From: Pseudanabaena sp. M085S1SP2A07QC
GTDB lineage: Bacteria > Cyanobacteriota > Cyanobacteriia > Pseudanabaenales > Pseudanabaenaceae
Assembly (NCBI GenBank): GCA_020404895.1
Contig: JADBWK010000004.1
Span: forward strand, 109,506-173,505
DNA: 64,000 bases
Direction: 5' to 3'
How positions within the stretch are numbered: position 1 is the first letter of the stretch; each line of letters starts with the position of its first letter. Position numbers and translations under genes: made by a program. The notes beneath the pieces were generated by a model. It ran no database searches. It was not told the origin of the DNA and saw only the letters and a program-made list of their open reading frames with translations. Below are positions 1 through 9,038 of the stretch, piece by piece.

Positions 1-1
1 T

Positions 2-1225
2 TGCAAAATTTTGACTTATCAATTAACTGCATGGCAGATGCGGGTTGATGCATTACAAAATGCTTCTAATGCGATCGCGATTTTGCGAACAGCCGTGGAA
101 GAAGGCGATCGCTATCAATTAGCAATTTTGGACATGCAAATGCCTGATCTTGATGGCGAAATGCTGGGCGCATTGATCAATGCTGACCCTTTACTGAAAG
201 ATCTCAAATTAATCATGCTGACATCTCTAAACCAGCAAGGTGGTATTAGCCGAGTTAAAGAACTAGGGTTTGAGTTTTATCTTATCAAACCAGTAAAACA
301 GTCTCGCTTGTTGGATGTTTTGGTGGAAGTAGTTTCTATAGATACTAAGAGTGAAATTTTTCGCTCTGCACCATTGATTCAAGAGAATGATTTACCCCTA
401 AAGGCTTCTAAACTTAAAATTTTGATTGCTGAGGATAACCCTATCAATCAAAAAGTGGTTTTACATCAGTTACGTAGTTTTGGCTATGATGCAGATGTCG
501 TAGGCAATGGTCGAGAAGTACTTAATCTCCTAGAATGCATCCACTATGACATCATCCTCATGGATTGCCAAATGCCTGAAATTGATGGATATGAGACAAC
601 AAGAGTCATTCGTCAGCTAGATTCAGAAAAGAGCAAAATTGTGATTATGGCGATGACGGCTAATGCGATGAAAGAAGATCGCGATCGCTGTATTGATTGT
701 GGTATGGACGACTATCTCAGCAAACCCATACGCAAAGAAGATATCGCTCAAAAATTAGCTGATTGGGAGAAAAAGATTTTTGCTCAGAATGCGATTGCAT
801 CTTCTGTGCCTATTACTTCTGATATCACATCTACAGACAATATGAATGTTGATACTAGTTCCCTAGAGGTAAATTTCAAAATCTCAAAATCTTTGCCATT
901 AATTGACTGGACTTATATAGATAGTATTGCTGATGGTAGTGAAGAGTTTAAAGCTGAAATTCTCCAAACTTTTTTCGAGTCCACTTCGGAAAGTTTAGGA
1001 CATCTTGAACAGGCGATCACTGAGAATGATTACCATAAGATTGCACAAATTTCTCATTCTATCAAAGGTGCATCAAGTAACCTAGGTATGATTTCAATAG
1101 CAGCGATCGCTAATGATTTGCAGCAAGTTGTGAAAAATCAAAAAGAAGAGAATATGCAAGAGATGTTTCAGAAAATACAATCTCTATTTTCACAAATTCA
1201 AAATTCTCTTTTATCATCTAAATAA
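2..1225 (+). CDS. C-terminal part of a hybrid sensor kinase or multidomain response regulator (partial REC - REC - HPt); the 5' end lies outside the window
   Basis: The frame is open from nt 2, so the track start at 11 is an internal TTG. The first receiver lacks its N-terminal part but has ILDMQMPDLDG. The second receiver is complete (KILIAEDNPINQ..LMDCQMPEIDG..SKP). There is a C-terminal HPt motif, HSIKGASSNLG. Confidence 0.85.
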   Translation, partial: CKILTYQLTAWQMRVDALQNASNAIAILRTAVEEGDRYQLAILDMQMPDLDGEMLGALINADPLLKDLKLIMLTSLNQQGGISRVKELGFEFYLIKPVKQSRLLDVLVEVVSIDTKSEIFRSAPLIQENDLPLKASKLKILIAEDNPINQKVVLHQLRSFGYDADVVGNGREVLNLLECIHYDIILMDCQMPEIDGYETTRVIRQLDSEKSKIVIMAMTANAMKEDRDRCIDCGMDDYLSKPIRKEDIAQKLADWEKKIFAQNAIASSVPITSDITSTDNMNVDTSSLEVNFKISKSLPLIDWTYIDSIADGSEEFKAEILQTFFESTSESLGHLEQAITENDYHKIAQISHSIKGASSNLGMISIAAIANDLQQVVKNQKEENMQEMFQKIQSLFSQIQNSLLSSK

Positions 1226-1248
1226 AGACGGCACGAAGTGCCGTCTTT
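1224..1248. terminator. Hairpin between convergent genes (aaagacggcac-gaa-gtgccgtcttt)
   Basis: Perfect 11-bp stem followed by a T-rich tract. It sits between the HPt gene stop and the nfu stop. Confidence 0.6.
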
Positions 1249-1260
1249 ATTTATTTGGGT

Positions 1261-1497
1261 TTAAAAAACCTGTTCGATTTCGTCGATTTCAGGAATCTCT
1301 TCTTTCAACTTGCGCTCAATACCCATTCTCAGAGTCATTGCTGAGCTAGGACAAGATCCACAAGCGCCTTGTAGGCGCAATCTCACAATTGGACCCTCGA
1401 TTTCGACGAGTTCCACATTGCCTCCATCAGACATTAGATAAGGACGTAACTCATCTAAAACATTTTCGACATTTTCTGTAGTCAGAGTCAAACTCAT
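1261..1497 (-). CDS. nfu: NifU C-terminal domain (Nfu-type) Fe-S cluster scaffold/carrier protein
   Basis: 78 aa with the CGSCPSS (CxxC) motif and DGGNVELV, typical of the small cyanobacterial Nfu. It lies next to the suf locus. Confidence 0.85.
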   Translation of the reverse strand: MSLTLTTENVENVLDELRPYLMSDGGNVELVEIEGPIVRLRLQGACGSCPSSAMTLRMGIERKLKEEIPEIDEIEQVF

Positions 1498-1629
1498 ATT
1501 TTTTCCTGTATTTATCTCAAAACTATATGCTTAGGGAGTGCAATGCAAAAAATTGCACTCTCTAACAACCATAACTATTGATATCTATGCTAACAGAATA
1601 ATTGAGAGCTAATGGTTGTGAGATTTAAT

Positions 1630-1684
1630 AAGGAACCAATTTTTTATGGCGCGGCTTCGCCGCGCCATAAAAAATTGGTTCCTT
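1630..1684. repeat. 55-nt perfect palindrome (aaggaaccaattttttatggcgcggcttcgccgcgccataaaaaattggttcctt), a member of a dispersed hairpin family
   Basis: Read directly from the sequence. It is closely related to 45547-45600. It lies just 3' of sufR, so it may act as its terminator. Confidence 0.8.
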
Positions 1685-1687
1685 ATT

Positions 1688-2380
1688 TTACTTGTTTGGG
1701 ATTAAGTATCCACAACGATGCTCACCATCAACCATCCAATGCGTGCGTTCTACGGGACTGTCCAGCACAGTAGCAAACATTTCTAGCTCATGTCCGCATA
1801 CACTGGGAAAAGACTCAGCAACATGGGCGATCGCGCAATTATATTCCGTAAAAATGAAACCTTCTGTCCCTTCTATAGGGAACCATTCCGTAACATAACC
1901 TTCACTACGGCGAAGTTCGGCTAATTTTTCTAGCCGTTGCTTTAGTGTACCTCCTCCAAGTTGTAATTTATAATGCTGTGCTTTGCGTTGCCACTGCTTT
2001 TGTAATACCTCAGACACTTGCTCTTTGCCTAAAGTATCAATCAGCGTATCAAGAAAATTTACGGCAAATTGGTTATAACTATCGGGAAAGCGATCGCGCC
2101 CTGCCGTGGTCAAAGCATAAATAAATTGGGGTCTACCCATACCCAACTGCTCGGCTGTGTGATAGATCAGCCCCTCAGTTTCAAGATCCTTTAAATGTTT
2201 ACGAATTGCCTGCGGACTAATATCTAACTTTTCAGCTAAGTCTTGTGCTGTTACCTCTCCACGCTTAAGCAAATGTTGCAAAATATCCTGCTTAGTATCG
2301 TTTTTAGCATCATTTCTGTGATCTAGTTTCAGATCTGGTGCACTTGAAACCACGTCAGCGACACTGATGGGAGTTTTCAT
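1688..2380 (-). CDS. sufR: SufR, Fe-S-cluster-sensing transcriptional repressor of the suf operon
   Basis: N-terminal winged-HTH region (LAEKLDISPQAIRKHLKDLE). C-terminal Cys cluster (CAIAHVAESFPSVCGHE..HRCGY). Divergent from sufB, as in other cyanobacteria. Confidence 0.9.
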   Translation of the reverse strand: MKTPISVADVVSSAPDLKLDHRNDAKNDTKQDILQHLLKRGEVTAQDLAEKLDISPQAIRKHLKDLETEGLIYHTAEQLGMGRPQFIYALTTAGRDRFPDSYNQFAVNFLDTLIDTLGKEQVSEVLQKQWQRKAQHYKLQLGGGTLKQRLEKLAELRRSEGYVTEWFPIEGTEGFIFTEYNCAIAHVAESFPSVCGHELEMFATVLDSPVERTHWMVDGEHRCGYLIPNK

Positions 2381-2464
2381 GAATATTCAGCTCCTGATAA
2401 CAACTAACTCTTGCGGAGAGCCAAGACACGATTAAATGGCGTAGTTATCAAAAAATGACTTTGA

Positions 2465-2478
2465 CAACTTGCATGTTG
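2465..2478. promoter_or_regulatory. Candidate SufR operator, perfect CAAC-N6-GTTG palindrome (caacttgcatgttg)
   Basis: Located in the sufR-sufB divergent intergenic region. It matches the CAAC-N6-GTTG repeat I recall for cyanobacterial SufR sites. Confidence 0.6.
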
Positions 2479-2503
2479 TTAATGTAACCTACAATTAGTA
2501 AAG

Positions 2504-2520
2504 AAACAAGTAAGTTGTTT
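2504..2520. promoter_or_regulatory. Possible second, degenerate operator (aaacaa-gtaag-ttgttt)
   Basis: Inverted repeat about 55 nt upstream of the sufB start. Its spacing differs from the canonical site. Confidence 0.3.
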
Positions 2521-2575
2521 TATTCAAACAAAGGTAGCGCGAAGCACTAACTTTGCACATCAATTATCAGGAGCC

Positions 2576-4021
2576 ATGACTGACATGACTGCAACGGTTC
2601 AAGCACTTGTCAACCAACCATACAAATACGGATTTGTTACGTCTATTGAGTCGGACACGATTCCTCGTGGTCTGAGCGAAGATGTCGTCCGCATGATTTC
2701 GGCTAAAAAAAATGAGCCAGAATACATGTTGGAATTTCGGCTCAAGGCTTATCGTCAATGGTTAAAGATGCAAGAACCAACATGGGCGCATGTCGAATAT
2801 CCTGCGATCGATTACCAAAATATCGTTTATTATTCTGCACCCAAGCAATCGAAAAAGAAAGCAAGTCTTGATGAAGTTGATCCTGAATTACTAGATACTT
2901 TTGAGAAATTAGGGATTTCCATTAACGAGCAAAAGCGTCTGACCAATGTTGCCGTTGATGTCATTTTTGATAGCGTTTCGATCGCTACAACTTTTAAGAA
3001 AGATCTAGCCAAAGTTGGTGTAATCTTCTGCTCGATCACCGAAGCGATGCATGAATATCCTGAACTGATCAAAAAATATCTAGGTAGCGTTGTCCCGATC
3101 GCAGACAACTACTATTCAGCACTAAATGCTGCCGTATTTACCGATGGCTCCTTTGTATACATTCCCAAAGGCGTAAAGTGCCCGATGGATCTGTCTACCT
3201 ATTTCCGCATTAATAATGGCGATTCTGGACAGTTCGAGCGTACTTTGATTGTTGCTGAAGAAGGAGCCTATGTCAGCTATCTTGAAGGCTGTACAGCACC
3301 AATGTTTGATACCAATCAACTTCATGCAGCCGTAGTTGAATTAGTCGCCCTAGATGATGCCGAAATCAAATATTCCACAGTACAGAACTGGTTTGCTGGC
3401 GATAAAGATGGCAAAGGCGGTATCTATAACTTTGTGACTAAGCGTGGTTTGTGCCAAGGCAAAAACTCAAAGATCTCTTGGACTCAAGTAGAAACAGGTT
3501 CCGCAATTACTTGGAAGTATCCTAGTTGTGTATTGGTTGGTGAAAACTCCGTTGGCGAGTTTTACTCTGTTGCTCTAACAAATAATAAGCAACAGGCTGA
3601 TACTGGCTCAAAAATGGTGCATATCGGCAAAAATACCCGCAGCAAAATCGTTTCTAAAGGCATTTCCGCAGGTGGCTCCCAAAATAGCTATCGCGGCTTG
3701 GTGAAGATCTCACCCAAAGCTGAAGGCGCAAGAAATTATTCTCAATGCGACTCAATGCTGATTGGTGATTGCTCGCAGGCAAATACTTTCCCTTATATCC
3801 AAGTCCAAAACAATACCGCTAGAGTTGAGCATGAAGCCTCAACTTCTAAAATCGGCGAAGAGCAATTGTTCTATTTTCAACAACGCGGTATCGCAGTTGA
3901 AGATGCTGTCTCAATGATCATTAGTGGCTTCTGCAAAGAAGTATTTAATGCATTGCCGATGGAGTTTGCTGTTGAAGCTGATAAGCTCTTGGCTTTGAAG
4001 CTAGAGAATAGTGTTGGCTAG
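2576..4021 (+). CDS. sufB: Fe-S cluster assembly protein SufB
   Basis: 481 aa, full-length SufB-like sequence ([37 protein letters not shown]). RBS aggag lies 5' of the ATG. Confidence 0.97.
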   Translation: MTDMTATVQALVNQPYKYGFVTSIESDTIPRGLSEDVVRMISAKKNEPEYMLEFRLKAYRQWLKMQEPTWAHVEYPAIDYQNIVYYSAPKQSKKKASLDEVDPELLDTFEKLGISINEQKRLTNVAVDVIFDSVSIATTFKKDLAKVGVIFCSITEAMHEYPELIKKYLGSVVPIADNYYSALNAAVFTDGSFVYIPKGVKCPMDLSTYFRINNGDSGQFERTLIVAEEGAYVSYLEGCTAPMFDTNQLHAAVVELVALDDAEIKYSTVQNWFAGDKDGKGGIYNFVTKRGLCQGKNSKISWTQVETGSAITWKYPSCVLVGENSVGEFYSVALTNNKQQADTGSKMVHIGKNTRSKIVSKGISAGGSQNSYRGLVKISPKAEGARNYSQCDSMLIGDCSQANTFPYIQVQNNTARVEHEASTSKIGEEQLFYFQQRGIAVEDAVSMIISGFCKEVFNALPMEFAVEADKLLALKLENSVG

Positions 4022-4097
4022 ATTTGAAATATTTTGAGGGCAAAGCACTCACTGGAATTACCATATAACTATTATGGGATTCTTGATGATTATGTAG

Positions 4098-4379
4098 GTG
4101 ATGGATATGGCAGTTAAATTCATTCTTAGTGATTATGTCGAGGAAGCTCTAAAACAAGCAACCTATGACAAGTTAGACGATAACTCGTTTGTTGGACGCA
4201 TTCCAAGTTGTCAAGGGGTAATAGCATTTGGAGAAACACTTCGCGAATGTGAATATGAGGTGCAGTCGGTCTTTGAAGACTGGGTTCTTTTAGGATTAAG
4301 GCTAGGACATCACCTGCCAATCATTGGCGGGATCGATCTAAATCAGGAGCTAAAAAGTGAGTCGATTAGCGCCATGTAA
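4098..4379 (+). CDS. hicB: HicB-family antitoxin-like protein (UPF0150 fold)
   Basis: About 90 aa with the pattern FVGRIPSCQGVIAFGETLRECEYEV..EDW, typical of short HicB antitoxins. The start could be ATG 4101 or 4107. It overlaps the next ORF. Confidence 0.65.
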   Translation: MMDMAVKFILSDYVEEALKQATYDKLDDNSFVGRIPSCQGVIAFGETLRECEYEVQSVFEDWVLLGLRLGHHLPIIGGIDLNQELKSESISAM

Positions 4380-4590
4380 ACGTAAAGAGTTCATCCGAAA
4401 GCTCCAAAAACTTAAATTTGAAGGCGTGTTTTCTGGAACAAGGCATCAATTTATGATTTATAAACAATGTCGGCTTACAATTCCTTCAAACCTAGAATAT
4501 TCTGTTCCACAGCTAAAAATGATGATACGAGAAATCGAAAATATTTTAGGTCGAGAAATCACTATTGATGAGTGGAATGACTTGATTTAA
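4357..4590 (+). CDS. hicA: HicA/YcfA-family mRNA-interferase toxin-like protein
   Basis: 77 aa. KRKEFIRKLQKLKFEGVFSGTRHQFM..TIP matches the HicA layout, including the conserved His. GTG start overlaps the hicB end by 23 nt. Confidence 0.6.
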   Translation: MSRLAPCKRKEFIRKLQKLKFEGVFSGTRHQFMIYKQCRLTIPSNLEYSVPQLKMMIREIENILGREITIDEWNDLI

Positions 4591-4655
4591 GCTGTTCTGA
4601 AGTATAGATTTTGAACGAAAAGTACTACAATTAAAAGATAACTGTTAAGAAAAAA

Positions 4656-5438
4656 ATGATTGTTGAAAATAGTGAAGTAATTTTATCGGTCAAAGATTTG
4701 ACTGCGGAAGTTGGTGGAGTCGAGATTTTAAAAGGGCTAAATCTGGAGATTAAAGCTGGTGAAGTCCACGCGATTATGGGACCAAATGGCTCTGGTAAAA
4801 GCACATTCTCGAAAGTGTTAGCGGGACATCCTGCCTATACGGTCACAGGTGGTGAGATTATTTATAAGGGCGAAAACTTATTAGATTTAGCACCAGAAAT
4901 TAGATCTAGAGAAGGTATATTTTTAGCTTTTCAATATCCATTAGAAATTCCTGGGGTGACTAATTCTGATTTCTTGCGATTGTCCTATAACAACTTGAGA
5001 AAGCATAAAGGTTTAGAAGAGTTCGATATCATCGATTTTGATGACTTTATCCAAGAAAAGCTAGAAATCGTAGAAATGAATCCTAGTTTCTTGAGTCGCA
5101 GCGTTAATGAAGGTTTCTCGGGTGGTGAGAAGAAACGCAATGAGATTTTGCAAATGGCAATTCTCGATCCGACTTTGGCAATTCTAGACGAGACAGATTC
5201 GGGGTTAGATATTGATGCTTTGAGGATCGTGGCAGGTGGAGTGAATAAGCTCTCAACCCCTCTCAATTCTTCATTAGTGATTACTCACTATCAGCGCTTA
5301 CTGAATTACATTATTCCAGACTTCATTCATGTGATGGAAAATGGCAAAATTATTCTCACAGGTGGCAAAGACTTGGCTCTGGAACTAGAAGAAAAGGGCT
5401 ATGACTGGCTCAAAGAAGAAGAGGCGGTGTTGGCATAA
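4656..5438 (+). CDS. sufC: Fe-S cluster assembly ATPase SufC
   Basis: Walker [10 protein letters not shown], signature FSGGEKKR, Walker [11 protein letters not shown]. The stop overlaps the sufD ATG. Confidence 0.97.
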   Translation: MIVENSEVILSVKDLTAEVGGVEILKGLNLEIKAGEVHAIMGPNGSGKSTFSKVLAGHPAYTVTGGEIIYKGENLLDLAPEIRSREGIFLAFQYPLEIPGVTNSDFLRLSYNNLRKHKGLEEFDIIDFDDFIQEKLEIVEMNPSFLSRSVNEGFSGGEKKRNEILQMAILDPTLAILDETDSGLDIDALRIVAGGVNKLSTPLNSSLVITHYQRLLNYIIPDFIHVMENGKIILTGGKDLALELEEKGYDWLKEEEAVLA

Positions 5439-6823
5439 TGGCTATTCAAGTTTCTGAACAAGTGGAAAATCAAGCAGAACTAAAGGGCGCATTAAGCACT
5501 CGCAGTAAATTGGCTGTTGACAGCAAAAAATTTACTTCCCAAGTGATCAGTTTGGGTTCTGCGATCGCGATCGCTCAAGACACCGATCAGTTTGTGAGCG
5601 AGATTCGTCAATTGGCTAGCGATCGCCTAGCGAGTCTTTCTTTCCCAACCACCAAAGATGAAGAATGGAAATATACTGATGTTTCGTCTTTGGGAAATCT
5701 AACTTTTGCTAATCAACTGGCTAAGTCAGAGGATGTCGAAGCATTAATTGCTAAACATTCGGCTTCTGAAGCATCAGGTAACCTTATTGTGTTTGTGAAT
5801 GGCCAGTATAGCCAGAAGTTCTCAGATACAACGGGTGCAGTACAAGGTTTAGTTATTGGCACATTGGCAACTCTTGGCGATCGCATTCTACCCAAGCTGC
5901 GATCGCACCTCGCTCAGCATCCCGATGCGAATGATTATTTTACGAGTCTGAATACAGCTTGTATGAAAGATGTGGCGATCGTGCTTGCCCCAAAAAATCT
6001 TGTCGTCGAAAACCCAATCCAGCTTTTGTTTGTATCTGCACCACAGGCTGGCGCAACATTGATAACTCAGCCGCGCTGTTTGGTGATTGCAGAAAGCCAT
6101 AGTAATTTGACTTTTATTCAAACTTTTGTGGGAATTGATTCTCAAACCTATTTTACTAATACGGTAACAGAAGTTTGGCTTGCCGAAGGTGCAGAGGTTA
6201 ATCATACTAAGGTGCAGTGGCAAGGTGATGAGGCAGTGCATATCAATACGACTGCGATCGCTCAAGCTCGAAATAGTGTCTATAAAAATCAATCTATTAG
6301 CATCGGTGCGAAGATCTCTCGCCAGAATTTGATCGTGCATCAAATGGCTGAACAAACGCAAACTTCGCTGACTGGGTTAGCATTTGTCGATGGTGAACAG
6401 CACGCGGATACACATTCTGTAATCGCCCACAACTATCCGTACGGATCGAGTAAGCAATTGCACAAGTGCATAGCTGACGGTCGTTCCCATACAGTTTTTA
6501 ATGGCAAAATCCAAGTTGCGAAGTTAGCTCAACAGACTGATTCCGCCCAGCTAAGCCGCAATCTCTTGTTGTCTCCCAAAGCGCGAGTGGACACTAAACC
6601 CCAATTAGAGATTTTTGCAGATAATGTCAAATGCGCTCACGGCGCGACTGTCAGTCAACTAGATGCTGAGGAAATCTTCTATCTCCAAAGTCGGGCGATT
6701 GATGATGAGAGTGCTGCTAACTTGCTAACCTATGCTTTTGCAACCGAGGCGATCAACCAAATTCCGATTGTTTCGGTACAGCGATCGCTTAGTAATTTTG
6801 TGCTTGAAAAAACGAAGGGTTAA
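5438..6823 (+). CDS. sufD: Fe-S cluster assembly protein SufD
   Basis: 461 aa. C-terminal beta-helix region is homologous to SufB (KCAHGATVSQLDAEEIFYLQSR). ATGA coupling to sufC. Confidence 0.93.
   Translation: MAIQVSEQVENQAELKGALSTRSKLAVDSKKFTSQVISLGSAIAIAQDTDQFVSEIRQLASDRLASLSFPTTKDEEWKYTDVSSLGNLTFANQLAKSEDVEALIAKHSASEASGNLIVFVNGQYSQKFSDTTGAVQGLVIGTLATLGDRILPKLRSHLAQHPDANDYFTSLNTACMKDVAIVLAPKNLVVENPIQLLFVSAPQAGATLITQPRCLVIAESHSNLTFIQTFVGIDSQTYFTNTVTEVWLAEGAEVNHTKVQWQGDEAVHINTTAIAQARNSVYKNQSISIGAKISRQNLIVHQMAEQTQTSLTGLAFVDGEQHADTHSVIAHNYPYGSSKQLHKCIADGRSHTVFNGKIQVAKLAQQTDSAQLSRNLLLSPKARVDTKPQLEIFADNVKCAHGATVSQLDAEEIFYLQSRAIDDESAANLLTYAFATEAINQIPIVSVQRSLSNFVLEKTKG
6774..6823 (+). repeat. Left copy of a ~50-nt direct repeat (the functional sufD 3' end)
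   Basis: It re-occurs at 8984-9033 with about 8 substitutions by hand alignment. Confidence 0.85.
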
Positions 6824-6852
6824 TGACTTATAAGTAGGAAAGCTTAATTAAA

Positions 6853-6929
6853 TGTAGGATGTGTTAGTGCAACGTAACGCATCAATTAGTTGTCAATGAT
6901 GGGTTAGCGATAGCGTAACCCATCCTACG
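6853..6929. repeat. Double-hairpin palindromic element of the GTAGG(A/G)TG..CA(T/C)CCTAC family
   Basis: tgtaggatgtgttagtgcaacgtaacgcatc ... gatgggttagcgatagcgtaacccatcctac. Related copies lie at 19044-19128 and 63954-63983. Confidence 0.8.
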
Positions 6930-6963
6930 TTTAATTCCAACAACTTACTTATTGAGTATTTCA

Positions 6964-8262
6964 ATGCTAAAGAGTTTGCGTTTAGAAAATTTTAAAAGTT
7001 TTAAAAATGCCGAGCTTTCGCTTGGAGATTTGACAGTTTTAGTCGGGACAAATGCTTCAGGCAAGAGTAATATTCGCGATGCATTTCGTTTTTTGCATGG
7101 TATTTCGCGAGGTTATAGTATTGCTGAAATTATTGGCGAGAAATATGGGGAAGGTGGTGTACTGCAATGGCGAGGCATACGTGGTGGGACAAAGGAAATA
7201 ACTTATTGTGGGGCTGATTCTTTTGCGATCGCTATTTCTTTTTCCGTCCAAGATGGTGATACAGAATATGAGATGGATTACCGCATTGAGATAAGGCTTA
7301 CCGCTTTTAGTCCAGTACCGATTGTTGTTGCAGAGAACCTCCATTGTAGACAGAAAAAACACGCAATTTTTGACACAGTCGCTAGAGTTCATTTACAAAA
7401 TACTATTGCTGTTCGTTTTTATGATTATTACGAAATTGATGAAGTTAATGGAAGTGCTCTTGATCCATATCAATTTTTCCAAAACTATATTCCCATTCTT
7501 TTTTTAGCAGCGAGTGGAGTTAAACCCCATATTCAGAAGCTTGACAAAGAAAATTACAAAATACCAGTTGCAAGAAAATTTTGTGAACTAGCTTTAAATG
7601 CCATAAGTGACATGAGGTTCTTAGAGCTTAGTCCAGATTTGATGAGACTTCCAACTTTCTCAGGACAAAATATTTTAGGCGATCGCGGGGAAAATTTGTC
7701 ATCGGTGATGTTAGATATCTGTCGTGATGAAACTCGTAAGGCGATTTTATTGGATTGGTTGCAATCTTTAACGCCAATGGATGCAAAAGATTTTGATTTT
7801 CCCGAAGACTTCACTGGCAAAGTTCTACTTAGAATCGAAGAAGCAAGTGGTCAGAAAACAACCGCTTATAGTGCATCGGATGGAACATTACGATTTTTAG
7901 GATTGTTGGCAGCACTTTTGGGTAATCAGCGATCGCGCTTTTACTTTTTTGAAGAACCTGAAAATGGCATTCATCCTAATCGGTTAAGCTTGCTGTTGCA
8001 GCTTATGCAGCAAGAAGTCGCCAATAGCTCGATGCAAATTGTGATTACTACTCACTCACCGCTTTTGTTGAATTTCTTAAGCCCCGAAAGCCTCGAATAT
8101 GCTTCTTTAATGTATCGAATCGGCGATCGCAGCGAGTCACGCATAACCAAAATTATGGACATTCCCAACGCTAGGGAACTTGTTGTCAATGAAGGCTTAT
8201 CGAGCTTACTAGATTCAGGATGGCTAGAAGATGCGATGTATAGCAATGTAAGCTTTGCTTAG
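6964..8262 (+). CDS. AAA_15/AAA_21-type ABC (SMC/RecF-like) ATPase, OLD/PARIS-AriA/AbiL-like; its C-terminus has been remodelled by a MITE
   Basis: N-terminus MLKSLRLENFKSFK. Walker A GTNASGKS, signature-like SDGTLRFLGLL, Walker B FYFFEEPENGIHP, H-loop ITTHSP. The track start is TTG at 6952, and ATG at 6964 is the more likely start. The last 7 codons and the stop lie inside the MITE at 8239-8346. Confidence 0.85.
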   Translation: MLKSLRLENFKSFKNAELSLGDLTVLVGTNASGKSNIRDAFRFLHGISRGYSIAEIIGEKYGEGGVLQWRGIRGGTKEITYCGADSFAIAISFSVQDGDTEYEMDYRIEIRLTAFSPVPIVVAENLHCRQKKHAIFDTVARVHLQNTIAVRFYDYYEIDEVNGSALDPYQFFQNYIPILFLAASGVKPHIQKLDKENYKIPVARKFCELALNAISDMRFLELSPDLMRLPTFSGQNILGDRGENLSSVMLDICRDETRKAILLDWLQSLTPMDAKDFDFPEDFTGKVLLRIEEASGQKTTAYSASDGTLRFLGLLAALLGNQRSRFYFFEEPENGIHPNRLSLLLQLMQQEVANSSMQIVITTHSPLLLNFLSPESLEYASLMYRIGDRSESRITKIMDIPNARELVVNEGLSSLLDSGWLEDAMYSNVSFA

Positions 8263-8346
8263 GACATAAAACCCAAAAGATGGCAGAGCGAAGCTCTGCC
8301 ATCTTTTGGGTTTTGAATTGTCCTATCTATCTCTTACGTTGCTATA
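8239..8346. mobile_element. 108-bp MITE, copy 1 (TIR TATAGCAATGTAAG / CTTACGTTGCTATA, internal 20-bp-stem hairpin)
   Basis: Near-identical copies at 49742-49849 and 54001-54108. The outer TA dinucleotides are compatible with a TA target duplication. Confidence 0.9.
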
Positions 8347-8376
8347 TTTCCTCGAAGATGAAGAGGTGCAGAACGC

Positions 8377-8979
8377 ATGAATGTTCTGATTATTCTTGAG
8401 GATTTTGTCAATGATGAGAGTATGGTGCTACCGATTGTCAGAGCGATGATGACAGCGATCGGTAAGCCAAAAGCAAAAATTACTGTCTGCAAAAATCCAC
8501 GCCTCCGAGGTCATGCTGAAGCCCTGAGATGGGAAAAGATTCAAGAAATTTTGCAAAGATATGGTGGTATGACCGACTTGTTTTTGGTCTGTGTTGATCG
8601 CGATGGCAATGAAGATAGACGGGCAAAACTTGATGGACTTGAAAAACGAGCGCAAGAATTTTTAGCAGAGAAATATCAAAAGCCCAAAAAGTTTATAGGC
8701 GAAAATGCTTGGCAAGAATTGGAAGTATGGGTTTTAGCAGGATGCACCGATCTTCCAAAAAACTGGAATTGGGCAGAAATTCGTGCTGAGAGAAAATCTA
8801 AAAAAGGATATTTCATGCAATTTGCGGAACTGCGATCGCTATTAGAAGCACGTTGTCAAGGCAGAGGAATCCTCGCAGAAGAAGCGGCTAATCGTTACGA
8901 TCGCATTCGTAAACGATGCCCTGAAGATATTGGGAACTTAGAAACAAATATTCAAGAATGGCTAGTTAGGAATGATTAG
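8377..8979 (+). CDS. Toprim-like small protein (DUF4276-like, by recollection), partner of the upstream ABC ATPase
   Basis: 200 aa. Ordered acidic motifs are LIILED (N-terminus), LVCVDRDGNED (DxD) and QELEVWVLAG. The ancestral ATGA overlap with the ATPase gene can be reconstructed. Confidence 0.6.
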   Translation: MNVLIILEDFVNDESMVLPIVRAMMTAIGKPKAKITVCKNPRLRGHAEALRWEKIQEILQRYGGMTDLFLVCVDRDGNEDRRAKLDGLEKRAQEFLAEKYQKPKKFIGENAWQELEVWVLAGCTDLPKNWNWAEIRAERKSKKGYFMQFAELRSLLEARCQGRGILAEEAANRYDRIRKRCPEDIGNLETNIQEWLVRND

Positions 8980-8983
8980 TGTT

Positions 8984-9033
8984 CAGTACAGCGATCGCTT
9001 AGTAATTTTGTATTTGAGAAAACAAAAGCATAA
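8984..9033 (+). repeat. Right copy of the direct repeat: a displaced, diverged sufD 3' end (would encode VQRSLSNFVFEKTKA*)
   Basis: It aligns codon-for-codon with 6774-6823 (VQRSLSNFVLEKTKG*). A hairpin terminator follows immediately. Confidence 0.85.
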
Positions 9034-9038
9034 ACCCT

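Noticed and set aside
5888-6361. 157-aa ORF on the minus strand inside sufD
   Set aside because: It is entirely antisense to a well-supported conserved gene. It has no recognisable motifs, and its composition reads like a mirror-frame artefact.
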